From contig JAJRZD010000019.1 of NCBI GenBank assembly GCA_024275415.1, positions 1 to 32,000 of the forward strand: a stretch of DNA of 32,000 nucleotides, read 5' to 3'. Shown piece after piece: positions 7,014 to 16,219 of this stretch (within the stretch, counting starts at the first letter, position 1; every line of letters begins with the position of its first letter). The translations under genes were made by a program, and so were the position numbers. This stretch comes from an archaeon. Its GTDB lineage: Archaea > Asgardarchaeota > Thorarchaeia > Thorarchaeales > Thorarchaeaceae. Under the pieces are notes generated by a model. The model searched no databases and was not told the origin of the DNA. It saw nothing but the letters and a program-made list of their open reading frames with translations.

Positions 7014-8129
7014 GTGAATATAGAATTGGATTCATCATCTCCTCAAGCAGAAATAAAGAGTTCCATCATCGGCTTGAGTACCATTGACAAACTTCTACCA
7101 GTCTGGATACTATTGGCAATGGTTGTTGGTGTGCTTTTGGGATATCTCGTTCCTGGCCTTGCAGAGGCTTTGGACAATTGGAGTATGGGGACCGTTTCGA
7201 TCCCGATAGCGATTGGACTGTTATGGATGATGTATCCAGTCTTAGCAAAAGTGAAGTATGAAGAACTTGGCAAGCTCCGGACTGAGAAACGGATGTTTGG
7301 TATTTCGTTGGCACTCAACTGGATTGTGGGCCCTTTCCTTATGTTCACGTTGGCATGGTTATTCCTCCCTGATTTACCTGAGTATCGCACAGGATTGATA
7401 TTGATTGGTCTTGCCCGCTGTATCGCTATGGTTCTCATCTGGAACATGATGGCCGGAGGCTGCAGCGAATCTTGTGCTGTGCTCGTCGCATTGAACTCGA
7501 TATTTCAGATAACTATGTACAGCTTTGAGGCATGGTTCTTTGTCACATTTCTCCCATCCGTCATCGCGCCTGGTGGGGGGTCTGTCGTTAATGTGTCCGT
7601 CCTTGAGATTGCATGGAGTGTCATCGTATTTCTCGGCTTCCCGTTGGTAGGAGGTGTCATCACACGATGCACCCTGATAAAGCGCCGTTCAAAGGAATGG
7701 TATGATAACGAGTTTGCTCCAAAACTAGGTCCCTATGCGCTGATTGGTCTGCTTTTCACTATCATGGTGATGTTTTCATTGAAAGGTGATGTGATTGTTG
7801 CCCTCCCCTTCGATGTGCTGAGGATTGCAGTACCATTGTTATTCTATTTCGTATTGATGTTCTTGGTTTCGTTCGGGATATCCTACGGACTCCGCTTCAC
7901 TTACGAAAAAAACGTGACAATCTCTTTCACAGCAGCAAGTAACAACTTTGAGCTGGCAATTGCAGTTGCTATCGGGATCTTTGGGATTGGTTCCGGACAA
8001 GCATTAGCTGCGGTTGTTGGTCCCCTCATCGAAGTACCCGTCCTTGTGGGATTAGTATATGTTTCAATGTGGTTGGGAAGGAGGCTATATGGACGACATC
8101 CTACTGAACCAGCACAATGCGAATCCTGA
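7014..8129 (+). CDS. acr3: ACR3-family arsenite efflux transporter
   Basis: IAIGLLWMMYPVLAKV, GLARCIAMVLIWN, SNNFELAIAVAI, GPLIEVPVL. Confidence 0.95.
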   Translation: MNIELDSSSPQAEIKSSIIGLSTIDKLLPVWILLAMVVGVLLGYLVPGLAEALDNWSMGTVSIPIAIGLLWMMYPVLAKVKYEELGKLRTEKRMFGISLALNWIVGPFLMFTLAWLFLPDLPEYRTGLILIGLARCIAMVLIWNMMAGGCSESCAVLVALNSIFQITMYSFEAWFFVTFLPSVIAPGGGSVVNVSVLEIAWSVIVFLGFPLVGGVITRCTLIKRRSKEWYDNEFAPKLGPYALIGLLFTIMVMFSLKGDVIVALPFDVLRIAVPLLFYFVLMFLVSFGISYGLRFTYEKNVTISFTAASNNFELAIAVAIGIFGIGSGQALAAVVGPLIEVPVLVGLVYVSMWLGRRLYGRHPTEPAQCES

Positions 8130-8232
8130 TATGATTGCACACTATTAGAAAGATTGATTTATCGAAATATACAAAGTAAGTTGTTGTAATCACCTGACGA
8201 ATAAATGATGCATTGTAGGATGTTGCACACAA

Positions 8233-8529
8233 ATGTTCAAGGATAAGCAATCTGAATGGCGAGCGCACTTTCATAAAGCATTAAGCAACCCCGAACGACT
8301 CCGTATTGTTGATCTTTTGGCCGATGGGGAGCTGTGTCAGTGCGATATCTTCCCTCAGATTGGGCTTTCGCAATCGACTGTTTCTGCATACCTCACTCAA
8401 CTAGTTCGCGCAGGAATCCTGACAGTTCGGCGCGATGGAACTCGCAAGCTCTATAGCATCAGTGACCCCCAGATACGAGAAATGATCAAGGGAATTCAGT
8501 CCCTTGCAGAAAAGATGGTTTCCGTGTGA
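8233..8529 (+). CDS. arsR: ArsR/SmtB-family repressor
   Basis: KALSNPERLRIV, ELCQCDI (alpha3 CxC site), SQSTVS.YL..L. Confidence 0.9.
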   Translation: MFKDKQSEWRAHFHKALSNPERLRIVDLLADGELCQCDIFPQIGLSQSTVSAYLTQLVRAGILTVRRDGTRKLYSISDPQIREMIKGIQSLAEKMVSV

Positions 8530-8568
8530 TTCGGTTCGCTTTCTGAGATTCGAACAGAACTCGAAATG

Positions 8569-8850
8569 TTATTTATAGAGCACCGCGGCAAGAAGGTCTA
8601 CTATCCTTTCAGCTTCTGTTTCCGTTTCAAAATTCCTTAGAAGTAATCGTCCCGAAGGGAATATGTTGATGATGCTCCCATCAGGCCCTTCAAGAAGTAG
8701 TAATGCCGGGACGCTGACACGTACTGAATACCCCGTAATCTCCAAAATCTTCTTCTCCAAATTCATGAGATCTAGATGCAGACGGTTCACCGGCTTCACC
8801 TCATAGCCCGCCTTCTCTGAGCATATCTTGAAGTGGTATGATTTGGGCAT
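8569..8850 (-). CDS. Small protein resembling the C-terminal domain of long-form MoeB/ThiF
   Basis: ATG 8850 with GGAGG RBS inside the upstream stop region; aligns by eye with the C-terminus of the 26076-27101 protein. Confidence 0.7.
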   Translation of the reverse strand: MPKSYHFKICSEKAGYEVKPVNRLHLDLMNLEKKILEITGYSVRVSVPALLLLEGPDGSIINIFPSGRLLLRNFETETEAERIVDLLAAVLYK

Positions 8851-8852
8851 GT

Positions 8853-9995
8853 TCAACCTCCCTTTAGCACTATTATCTCAGCATCTGAAACGGCATCCTT
8901 TACCCAGTCATAGCCTATGTCTATCTCAGCGGTAGTTATCTTTGCTATATCCGCATGCAAGACCGGATACTTTGGAGGGAGTGAACAACATGATGCAGCG
9001 GCATTGGTGAACTCATACGTTCCAATCTCTCTTGCTTGTTTGGTAATCTCATCCTTGTCATCTCCGATACATGGCCTGATGATGGGCACTCGAGCAATCG
9101 CACTGTCCTCTGCGAAAAGGTTCCGTGTTGTCTGTGAAGCCTGCTCTCCAATTATCTCCCCTGTAATAATGGCATCAGCACCCTCGCGCAAAGCAACCTC
9201 CTGAGCAAGCCTATACATGTTACGTCGGCAGAATACACATGTCATCCTCCGCGGGGCATACTTGAGTACCTCTACGAGATCCTCTCCATGGGGGACAACG
9301 AGCATTTTGACGCTAGTTCCGTGGATGTATTCTGACAGACGCGTTGCCTGCTCAATTGCGACTTTCTTGTTGATGTCGTCTGAGAATGGAGAATTGTCAA
9401 AGTACACGAATATTGGGACACACCCTCTTCTCATCACTTTGAAAGCTGCGACAGGAGAGTCCAAGCCGCTTGATATCATACAAACAACATGTCCTTCAGA
9501 ACCAGTAGGTAGCCCACCGATTCCACATAGTTCCTCGACTGATACAAACACTCTGTCTTGAAGTATGAGCACACTCTGAATGGTTTTGTATTGAGAATGG
9601 TTCGTTCTCAATAGTTCACGAAGATTTCCAATCAATTCCTCATCTCGACTGGAGTCATGATTGTAAATAATCGCATCTGAATGAGGATCAAATGGGTTTT
9701 CAATCACAATGGCTGAACTAGGAGTAGATACTTGTGCTTTGAGATTCGTTTCAATCATCTTTGCCACAGTTCCAACCCCAAAGACACCAGATGCCTTTAG
9801 TGCCATTGTGCCTGCTGCATCACCTCTGATCAAGATGAACCCATGCACATCTTCAACAACTAGCGGGATTGGATTGCCCTCTCGTAGGGCGGCTGACAGG
9901 TTGTTCTTTAGGATTTTAATGAACCTATGCCTTTCACCCTTTCTTTTTTCAGGGATATTCGGTCGTACTAGTAGTGCTGTGCTTGTTGGGATCAC
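8853..9995 (-). CDS. thiI: ThiI-like PP-loop sulfurtransferase (tRNA 4-thiouridine synthase family)
   Basis: GIGGLPTG, SSGLDSPVA, CVFC, TGEIIGEQASQT..NL, IRPCIGDDKDEI, SCC. Confidence 0.85.
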   Translation of the reverse strand: MIPTSTALLVRPNIPEKRKGERHRFIKILKNNLSAALREGNPIPLVVEDVHGFILIRGDAAGTMALKASGVFGVGTVAKMIETNLKAQVSTPSSAIVIENPFDPHSDAIIYNHDSSRDEELIGNLRELLRTNHSQYKTIQSVLILQDRVFVSVEELCGIGGLPTGSEGHVVCMISSGLDSPVAAFKVMRRGCVPIFVYFDNSPFSDDINKKVAIEQATRLSEYIHGTSVKMLVVPHGEDLVEVLKYAPRRMTCVFCRRNMYRLAQEVALREGADAIITGEIIGEQASQTTRNLFAEDSAIARVPIIRPCIGDDKDEITKQAREIGTYEFTNAAASCCSLPPKYPVLHADIAKITTAEIDIGYDWVKDAVSDAEIIVLKGG

Positions 9996-10156
9996 TGGAA
10001 CTCCTCATGGTTCACATTGAGCTAGACTGCTCAGGACTACATGTCTGTGCCTCTGCTTTTTGCTTTTCCATATGGTGCACAAATATAATGTAATCGATAA
10101 GAAGTATCAGATAGAAAGAACTAAGTCTTGTTTTTTCAAGCAACGCTGGAAATCCA

Positions 10157-10966
10157 ATGGATGCCGAAACTAGCGCAAAATTTGAGAAAGCAATGGACTT
10201 TCTTAGAGGTAAGCGGGTTCTTGTCGCTTTCAGTGGTGGTGTGGACAGTGCAGTCGTTGCCGTTATTGCAAAACAAAGTGCAAAAGAGGCACGCCTCCTC
10301 ACAGTGGATAGTATCACGTTCCCACGGCAAGAGCTGGAGGCTGCAGGATTGATCGCAGAAGAGATAGGTCTCCCACTTGAGATAATCCAAGTCGATGAGC
10401 TTGCCAATGAGGACATGGTTCGCAACCCACCAGATCGCTGTTACCACTGTAAGAAGGAGCTCTCGTCCGCATGGCTGAGCAAGGCTGAGCAGATTGGTTT
10501 TGATATCGTTGTGGATGGTACAAACGCCAGCGATGTATCTGGACATCGACCAGGGGCAAAGGCACTGGAAGAAGCTGGTGTCCTCTCGCCGCTGAAGACG
10601 GCTGGGATAACCAAGGACGAGGTACGCGAGTTCGCTCGGAGCAAGGGTCTCTCAGTTGCAAATCGTCCATCAATGGCTTGTCTTTCCAGCAGGTTCCCCT
10701 ATGGCACCGCTATCACTGAGGAGCGAATCAGGATGGTCGATGCAGTAGAGAGAGCAGTCCGGGAATTATTCAAAATCGAATGTGTTCGGGCCAGGTATCA
10801 TGGTGATGTAGTTCGAATAGAGGTGGGCATCGATGAGCGGCCGAAGATGTTTGACACCACTCTTCTTGACCGACTGAATGAACGGGCAAAGGATATCGGA
10901 TTTAGGTATATCACGCTTGACATACAGGGCTACCGCACTGGCTCAATGGATGAAGTCCTGAAATAG
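10157..10966 (+). CDS. larE: LarE-family ATP-dependent sulfur transferase
   Basis: AFSGGVDS, NPPDRCYHCK, DGTNASD..GHRPG, PSMACLSSRFPYG, GYRTGSM. Confidence 0.9.
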   Translation: MDAETSAKFEKAMDFLRGKRVLVAFSGGVDSAVVAVIAKQSAKEARLLTVDSITFPRQELEAAGLIAEEIGLPLEIIQVDELANEDMVRNPPDRCYHCKKELSSAWLSKAEQIGFDIVVDGTNASDVSGHRPGAKALEEAGVLSPLKTAGITKDEVREFARSKGLSVANRPSMACLSSRFPYGTAITEERIRMVDAVERAVRELFKIECVRARYHGDVVRIEVGIDERPKMFDTTLLDRLNERAKDIGFRYITLDIQGYRTGSMDEVLK

Positions 10967-11069
10967 ACACGAGCCTGTGAAAATGTGGGGCAAAGTCCGC
11001 CAATCCACACATTCTCATTCAAAAGAATGAAATAGGGCTTCTACACGATATGCACAATTCAACATAACG

Positions 11070-12077
11070 GTGAAACAGATGCGAAAAGAAAAGAAGATGG
11101 TAGCCACTTTGAGCATCATAGCCATCATTGTTGCTTCTCTCGGCTATCTTTTTTACTATACTCAGACTGCAAAAAAGGACACTCTTGTCATTTCAACGAC
11201 AACAAGCCTCTATGATACAGGTCTACTTGATGAGATTAAGACTACCTATGAGGCAGAGAACCCTCGTGTCATTCTTGCATTCATCTCAGCAGGTACTGGT
11301 ATCGCACTGGAGAACGCTCGGAGAGGCGATGCGGATCTTATCCTTGTGCATTCGCCCTCTCAAGAGTATGAGTTCATGCAGGAAGGATACGGTGTGAACC
11401 GCAAGATTTTTGCGTATAACTTTTTCACGATTGTAGGGCCATCCGAAGATCCTGTAGGAATCTACAATATGTCTCCATTAGATGCACTATCAGCGATTTT
11501 GAAGTATGGCCGTACAAGCCATGATGCCATCTGGGTGAGCAGGGACGACGGGTCTGGGACAAACACCAAAGAGAAGGCTCTCTGGTCGGCGTCGGGCTTC
11601 AATTACTCAGAAATTCAGGGAGAGGACTGGTTTGTTTCATCTGGGTCTGGCATGGGCACTACGTTGAATCTGGCCAACGAACGAGGTTTCTATACCCTGT
11701 CAGACATTGGCACTTACTTGAAGTACAAATCCGATGGACTAATCACCCTTGAGCAGATGGTCGAGGAAGGCGAATCACTGCTCAACGTCTATAGTGTTAT
11801 CGCCGTCAATGCGGAACGAATTTCCACGGTAAAATATGAGGCTGCGATGGACTTTGTCCGATGGCTGGTCGGCGAATCTGCACAAAATCTGATTGCGAAC
11901 TATGGCCATGACGCCTATAACGCCAGTCTGTTCTCTCCCGCTGTGACCGTAATTAAGGATCACTCCCCATCTGAGCTATACCAGTGGATACAAAATTATG
12001 CATTCTTTGAATCAGGAGGAGTTCTCTATGAGTGTCCTCCAGAATGGAGGAATGGAGATTATGGACTATACAACTAG
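11070..12077 (+). CDS. tupA: Tungstate ABC transporter substrate-binding protein
   Basis: N-terminal membrane anchor, STTTSLYDTGLL, GTG.AL, VHSP, SRDDGSGT, GMG.TL, YTLSDIGTY. Confidence 0.9.
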   Translation: MKQMRKEKKMVATLSIIAIIVASLGYLFYYTQTAKKDTLVISTTTSLYDTGLLDEIKTTYEAENPRVILAFISAGTGIALENARRGDADLILVHSPSQEYEFMQEGYGVNRKIFAYNFFTIVGPSEDPVGIYNMSPLDALSAILKYGRTSHDAIWVSRDDGSGTNTKEKALWSASGFNYSEIQGEDWFVSSGSGMGTTLNLANERGFYTLSDIGTYLKYKSDGLITLEQMVEEGESLLNVYSVIAVNAERISTVKYEAAMDFVRWLVGESAQNLIANYGHDAYNASLFSPAVTVIKDHSPSELYQWIQNYAFFESGGVLYECPPEWRNGDYGLYN

Positions 12078-12097
12078 AAACGGATGAGGTGGCTTAT

Positions 12098-12760
12098 ATG
12101 GGACTTCAGGATGAGATTGTAGAGATAACCCTCCGAGCTCTGTCCATATCTGGATTGGCCGCGTTGTTGGCTGCAAGTGTCGGGCTACCGATTGGGATTA
12201 TTCTTGGTATGTACAGATTCAGAGGACGCGACTCGGTCACAGGGGTTTTCAGAGCTCTCATGAGTGTGCCGACCGTGGCACTCGGACTCGTACTTTATCT
12301 GGTCTTCTCACGGTCAGGACCCCTCGGTTTCCTCGAACTTCTCTATACCCCGCTTGCTCTGGTCATCGGACAGTCCATCCTTGTCGTCCCTATCATCGTG
12401 AGCATAACCTCTGAAACCATCTCGAACGTCGACCCGTTGATACGTGATTTGTCTCGAACGTTGGGTGCAGATGAGCGTGCTGCTGCTGCTTCGGTGTTAC
12501 GAGAGTCGTTGGGCGGGATCGTTCTGGCTCTCTCCGCGAGCTTCAGCCGTGCAATATCCGAATTGGGTGTGGCTCTCATGCTTGGTGGGAACATCCAAGG
12601 ACTGACACGAGTCCTCACTACAGCAATCGCTCTGGAAACGACACGCGGTGAGATTCTGCTCGGGCTTGGTTTGACAGTGATACTTCTCACTCTCATGATT
12701 GCCTTCAATTTGCTTCTGAATCAGATTGAGAAAAAGGTGAAGTGGTGGTTATGGGAATAG
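12098..12760 (+). CDS. tupB: Tungstate ABC transporter permease
   Basis: SVPTVALGL, LLYTP.A.VIGQ, FSRAISELG, GGNI.G.TRVLTTAIALET. Confidence 0.9.
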   Translation: MGLQDEIVEITLRALSISGLAALLAASVGLPIGIILGMYRFRGRDSVTGVFRALMSVPTVALGLVLYLVFSRSGPLGFLELLYTPLALVIGQSILVVPIIVSITSETISNVDPLIRDLSRTLGADERAAAASVLRESLGGIVLALSASFSRAISELGVALMLGGNIQGLTRVLTTAIALETTRGEILLGLGLTVILLTLMIAFNLLLNQIEKKVKWWLWE

Positions 12761-13824
12761 TCGAGCTAAGGAATGTCACAGTGGACTTTGGTTAACAAAG
12801 GGCATTGGATAGTGTGAACATCCGAGCAGACCATGGCGAGATGCTCAGCCTTATCGGGCCAAACGGCGCTGGAAAGACCACCGCACTGCGAGTGATGGCC
12901 GGGTTACTCGAACCAACAAGCGGCGTCCTCCTCTTTGAGGACAAAATCCTTTCCGGGAACCAACTGCTTGGTCTTCGTAGACAAGCAACTCTAGTGTTTC
13001 AGAAACCCCTGATATTCAGCACCACAGTTTCAAAGAATGTGGCATATGGTCTCAGGATCAGGAATGTGTCCGGGATTGAAACTGATAGACGTGTCAAGGA
13101 GGCTCTGGATCTAGTCCAGCTCTATCCGATGCGTGACCGATTTGCACGGAACCTCTCAGGTGGAGAACAAAAACGGCTGAATCTCGCGATGGCTATCGCA
13201 ATCGAACCAGATATTCTCCTCCTAGACGAGCCTACAGCATTCTTAGACCCCGATAGTAGAAGGATAGTCGAGAACGTTCTCAAAGACATCAATAGGGAAC
13301 AGGGATCCACGATTGTAATATCGACCCATGACATGATGCAGGCTGATATCCTTACTCGAAAGGCTGTCATGATCAAGGATGGTAAGATTATCGGGAGTGG
13401 GTCTGCAACAGAGATGATTCGAGACAGGTTAGAAACTCTCATCTTCGAGGACGCTACCCTCAACGTCTTCTCCGGCGTAGCACAATGTATGAACGGGAGT
13501 GCACATGGGTCACGTCTCGTTCAAGTACGCATCAATGATGTGCTTTCCATAGAGGCGATTACTGATCGAGAAGGTGATGTCACGGTTCGCATACCGCCAG
13601 AAGATATCGTCCTGTCCCGTGGGAGCATCCTTTCTAGTGCACGGAACACGCTCAGAGGAAAAGTCACAGATGTGGACATCAAGAACGCCACTGCTCTGAT
13701 TACGGTGGATGTGGGAGTTAATCTGGTGACTCAAATAACGAGAGGCTCCCTTGAAAGGCTCCATGTAGCAATAGGGGATGATGTAGATGTGACCTTCAAG
13801 GCATCATCCGTCCGAGTCTACTAA
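12751..13824 (+). CDS. tupC: Tungstate ABC ATPase with C-terminal TOBE domain(s); in-frame TAA at 12793-12795
   Basis: MGIVELRNVTVDFG*QRALDSV..GPNGAGKTT, LSGGEQ, LLDEP, STH; C-terminal SSARN.L.GKV. Confidence 0.85.
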
Positions 13825-13886
13825 ATACCGAAATGCATGACCAAACATAACAGTTATCTTGGATAGATGGAGAATGAGGCCAAATC

Positions 13887-14861
13887 ATGACCGCCGATAA
13901 AGGGATTGACCGCATCAATACGGAGAGTAGTGCGCCGCTTGTTGACTCATACTCTCGTCCGATCGATTACCTTAGGATATCCCTTACCCAACGATGCAAT
14001 CATGCCTGTTTCTTCTGCCACCACGAAGGAGAGATAGGCATGGGATGCGAGATGACCGCCGAGGAAATCGAGAATCTTGTGCGAGTTGCTAACCGCAGGG
14101 GGATTCGAAGGATAAAGCTGACTGGGGGAGAAGCACTTGTTCGGGATGACATTGTTGAAATCGTCAGCAGATTGGCGCCTCTGACAGATGATCTGTCAAT
14201 TACTACTAACGGTTCGTTCTTAGAACACCTTGCTCGTCCCCTGAAAGAATCTGGGCTTGACAGAGTGAATGTGAGCCTCCACACCCTCAAGCCCGTTCTC
14301 CATGAACGTATCACGGGTCGCGCTAACATCGATTCCGTCATGCGAGGTATCGAGACCTCGATACAGGCCGGTCTGAACCCCGTCAAGATCAATATGGCTG
14401 TGCTCAGAGGACTGAACGATGACGAGATACAGGACCTCATGGAGTATGCAGGTGGTATTGGGGCAGTGCTACAGCTTATCGAGCTCCAGTTGTTCTCTAA
14501 GGATGATGAGTGGGCTCAATACTGGATGGACTTGACTGAGATTGAGAGCGACTTGGCAGGTCGGGCACTGACCGCTACTCAACGTTCCCTTCACGGTCGA
14601 AAGACCTACACTCTGCCTGTTTCAAACGGAACAGTACAGGTTGAAGTAGTCCGTCCAAATCATAATCAATCCTTCTGCCAGCGGTGTACCCGGCTTCGCG
14701 TGACATCTGATGGCAAACTGAAGCCTTGTCTGCTTAGGCAGGATAACCTGGTGGAAGTGCATTCGCTTCTTGGAAGCCAATCACTTGACGAGATGGTGAA
14801 TGACGCGCTTGAACATGCTGTGAGCTTACGAAAACCATTTTGGAGAGGTAAGAGCAAATGA
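13887..14861 (+). CDS. moaA: GTP 3',8-cyclase (radical SAM)
   Basis: YLRISLTQRCNHACFFCH, KLTGGE, FCQRCTRLRVTSDGKLKPCL. Confidence 0.95.
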   Translation: MTADKGIDRINTESSAPLVDSYSRPIDYLRISLTQRCNHACFFCHHEGEIGMGCEMTAEEIENLVRVANRRGIRRIKLTGGEALVRDDIVEIVSRLAPLTDDLSITTNGSFLEHLARPLKESGLDRVNVSLHTLKPVLHERITGRANIDSVMRGIETSIQAGLNPVKINMAVLRGLNDDEIQDLMEYAGGIGAVLQLIELQLFSKDDEWAQYWMDLTEIESDLAGRALTATQRSLHGRKTYTLPVSNGTVQVEVVRPNHNQSFCQRCTRLRVTSDGKLKPCLLRQDNLVEVHSLLGSQSLDEMVNDALEHAVSLRKPFWRGKSK

Positions 14862-15274
14862 TTGCATTGTCTGATGTGGACTTCTCAATCGATGAGGTCA
14901 TCTCGAAAACGCGCCGTCCATCCATGGGTGCAGTTGTGACGTTCCTAGGCACTGTCAGAGACCTCACTGACGGGAACGAGGTTGAAAAGCTGGAATTTGA
15001 GGCTGACACTGAGATGGCGGTGAAGGAACTTGAACAGATTCGTCAGGAGATAATCTCCAGATTTGGCGTGACTGATGTTTCAATCATACATCGGACAGGA
15101 GTTCTGAATCCTGGTGAGAACATCGTGGTCATCGCAGTAGGGGCTTCCCACCGTGACGAGGCATTCAAGGGCTGTCGATACGCGATAGAGGAGCTGAAGA
15201 AAAGAGCGATGATATGGAAGAAAGAATTCCTCAAGGATAGAAGCTATTGGGTCGGTGGTGTGAACGATGAGTGA
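14858..15274 (+). CDS. moaE: Molybdopterin synthase catalytic subunit
   Basis: GAVVTFLGTVR, IIHRTG.L..GE, SHRDEAF, IWKKE. Confidence 0.95.
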   Translation: MIALSDVDFSIDEVISKTRRPSMGAVVTFLGTVRDLTDGNEVEKLEFEADTEMAVKELEQIRQEIISRFGVTDVSIIHRTGVLNPGENIVVIAVGASHRDEAFKGCRYAIEELKKRAMIWKKEFLKDRSYWVGGVNDE

Positions 15275-15713
15275 GGATCCCATCAGAATGGTCGATGTCG
15301 CATCAAAGCCAATCTCATATCGAATGGCTGAGGCAGTGGGTGAGCTTATTCTTGAGCCACGAACCATTGCTCAAATCCAGGACAGGACTGTGAAGAAAGG
15401 GGATGTCCTGACAGTTTCTGAAATTGCTGCGATACAAGCAGCAAAGCGTACCTCGGATATCATCCCTCTTTGTCATCAGATTCCGCTCTCATCAGTACAG
15501 GTTTCATTCGATGTCCTTGAGGATCGAGTTCGAGCAATATGTCAGGTGGTCGCAAACCATACGACTGGCGTGGAGATGGAAGCATTGGTAGGAGTTTCGA
15601 CTGCACTGCTATCGATCTGGGATATGGTAAAGTATCTTGAGAAGGATGAACAGGGACAGTATCCCCATTCGCGGATTGATGGTATTAGGGTGACGAAGAA
15701 AATCAAGGAGTGA
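15267..15713 (+). CDS. moaC: Cyclic pyranopterin monophosphate synthase
   Basis: MVDV..K, KKGDVL, IPLCH, TGVEMEAL, IWDMVK. Confidence 0.95.
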   Translation: MSEDPIRMVDVASKPISYRMAEAVGELILEPRTIAQIQDRTVKKGDVLTVSEIAAIQAAKRTSDIIPLCHQIPLSSVQVSFDVLEDRVRAICQVVANHTTGVEMEALVGVSTALLSIWDMVKYLEKDEQGQYPHSRIDGIRVTKKIKE

Positions 15714-16219
15714 TATTATTGCCTGATGAGCATAGAAGGGATCAAAAGGTTAGTGTTGGCTTCGCTATTCTCACTACCAGTGATAGTAGGACCAAAGAGA
15801 ACGACCAAACGGGCCGTATTGCACACGAACTGATTACGTCGGAGCATCACCAAGTTGTTGAATATGATGTAGTACGAAATCGTGCTGAAGACATCCTTGA
15901 GAGAGTTGAAACTTATCTTCAGAACAAAGATGTCCGCGTCATCATCACAAGTGGAGGAACTGGTGTCGGCTCTCGAGACCTAACCGTTAGAACATTGATG
16001 CCAAAGTTCGAGAAGCATCTTGTTGGTTTTGGTGAGCTTTTTCGTCGAATCAGTTATGATGAGATTGGGGTTCCCGGCATCTACAGTCAGGCATCAGCGG
16101 GTCTCATTGGGACTACTGTCATCTATTGCTTACCCGGCTCGAAGAACGCCATGAGGACTGCACTATCAAAGATAATACTGCCAGGAATTGGACACCTGAT
16201 TTGGGAGATAGACAGATGA
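15710..16219 (+). CDS. moaB: Molybdopterin adenylyltransferase MoaB/MogA family
   Basis: LTTSDSRT..ND.TG, ITSGGTG...RDLT, GFGELFR, LPGS. Confidence 0.95.
   Translation: MILLPDEHRRDQKVSVGFAILTTSDSRTKENDQTGRIAHELITSEHHQVVEYDVVRNRAEDILERVETYLQNKDVRVIITSGGTGVGSRDLTVRTLMPKFEKHLVGFGELFRRISYDEIGVPGIYSQASAGLIGTTVIYCLPGSKNAMRTALSKIILPGIGHLIWEIDR

Noticed and set aside
8853-8861. ThiI-like protein ends in Gly-Gly like a ubiquitin-type sulfur carrier
   Set aside because: The codons GGA GGT are the Shine-Dalgarno of the downstream gene (ATG 8850), and the tail is not a beta-grasp domain.
10967-11069. Moco/Wco riboswitch or ModE-type box upstream of tupA
   Set aside because: Only a short inverted repeat (TCATTC-AAAA-GAATGA) and a weak hairpin; I could not match either known consensus.
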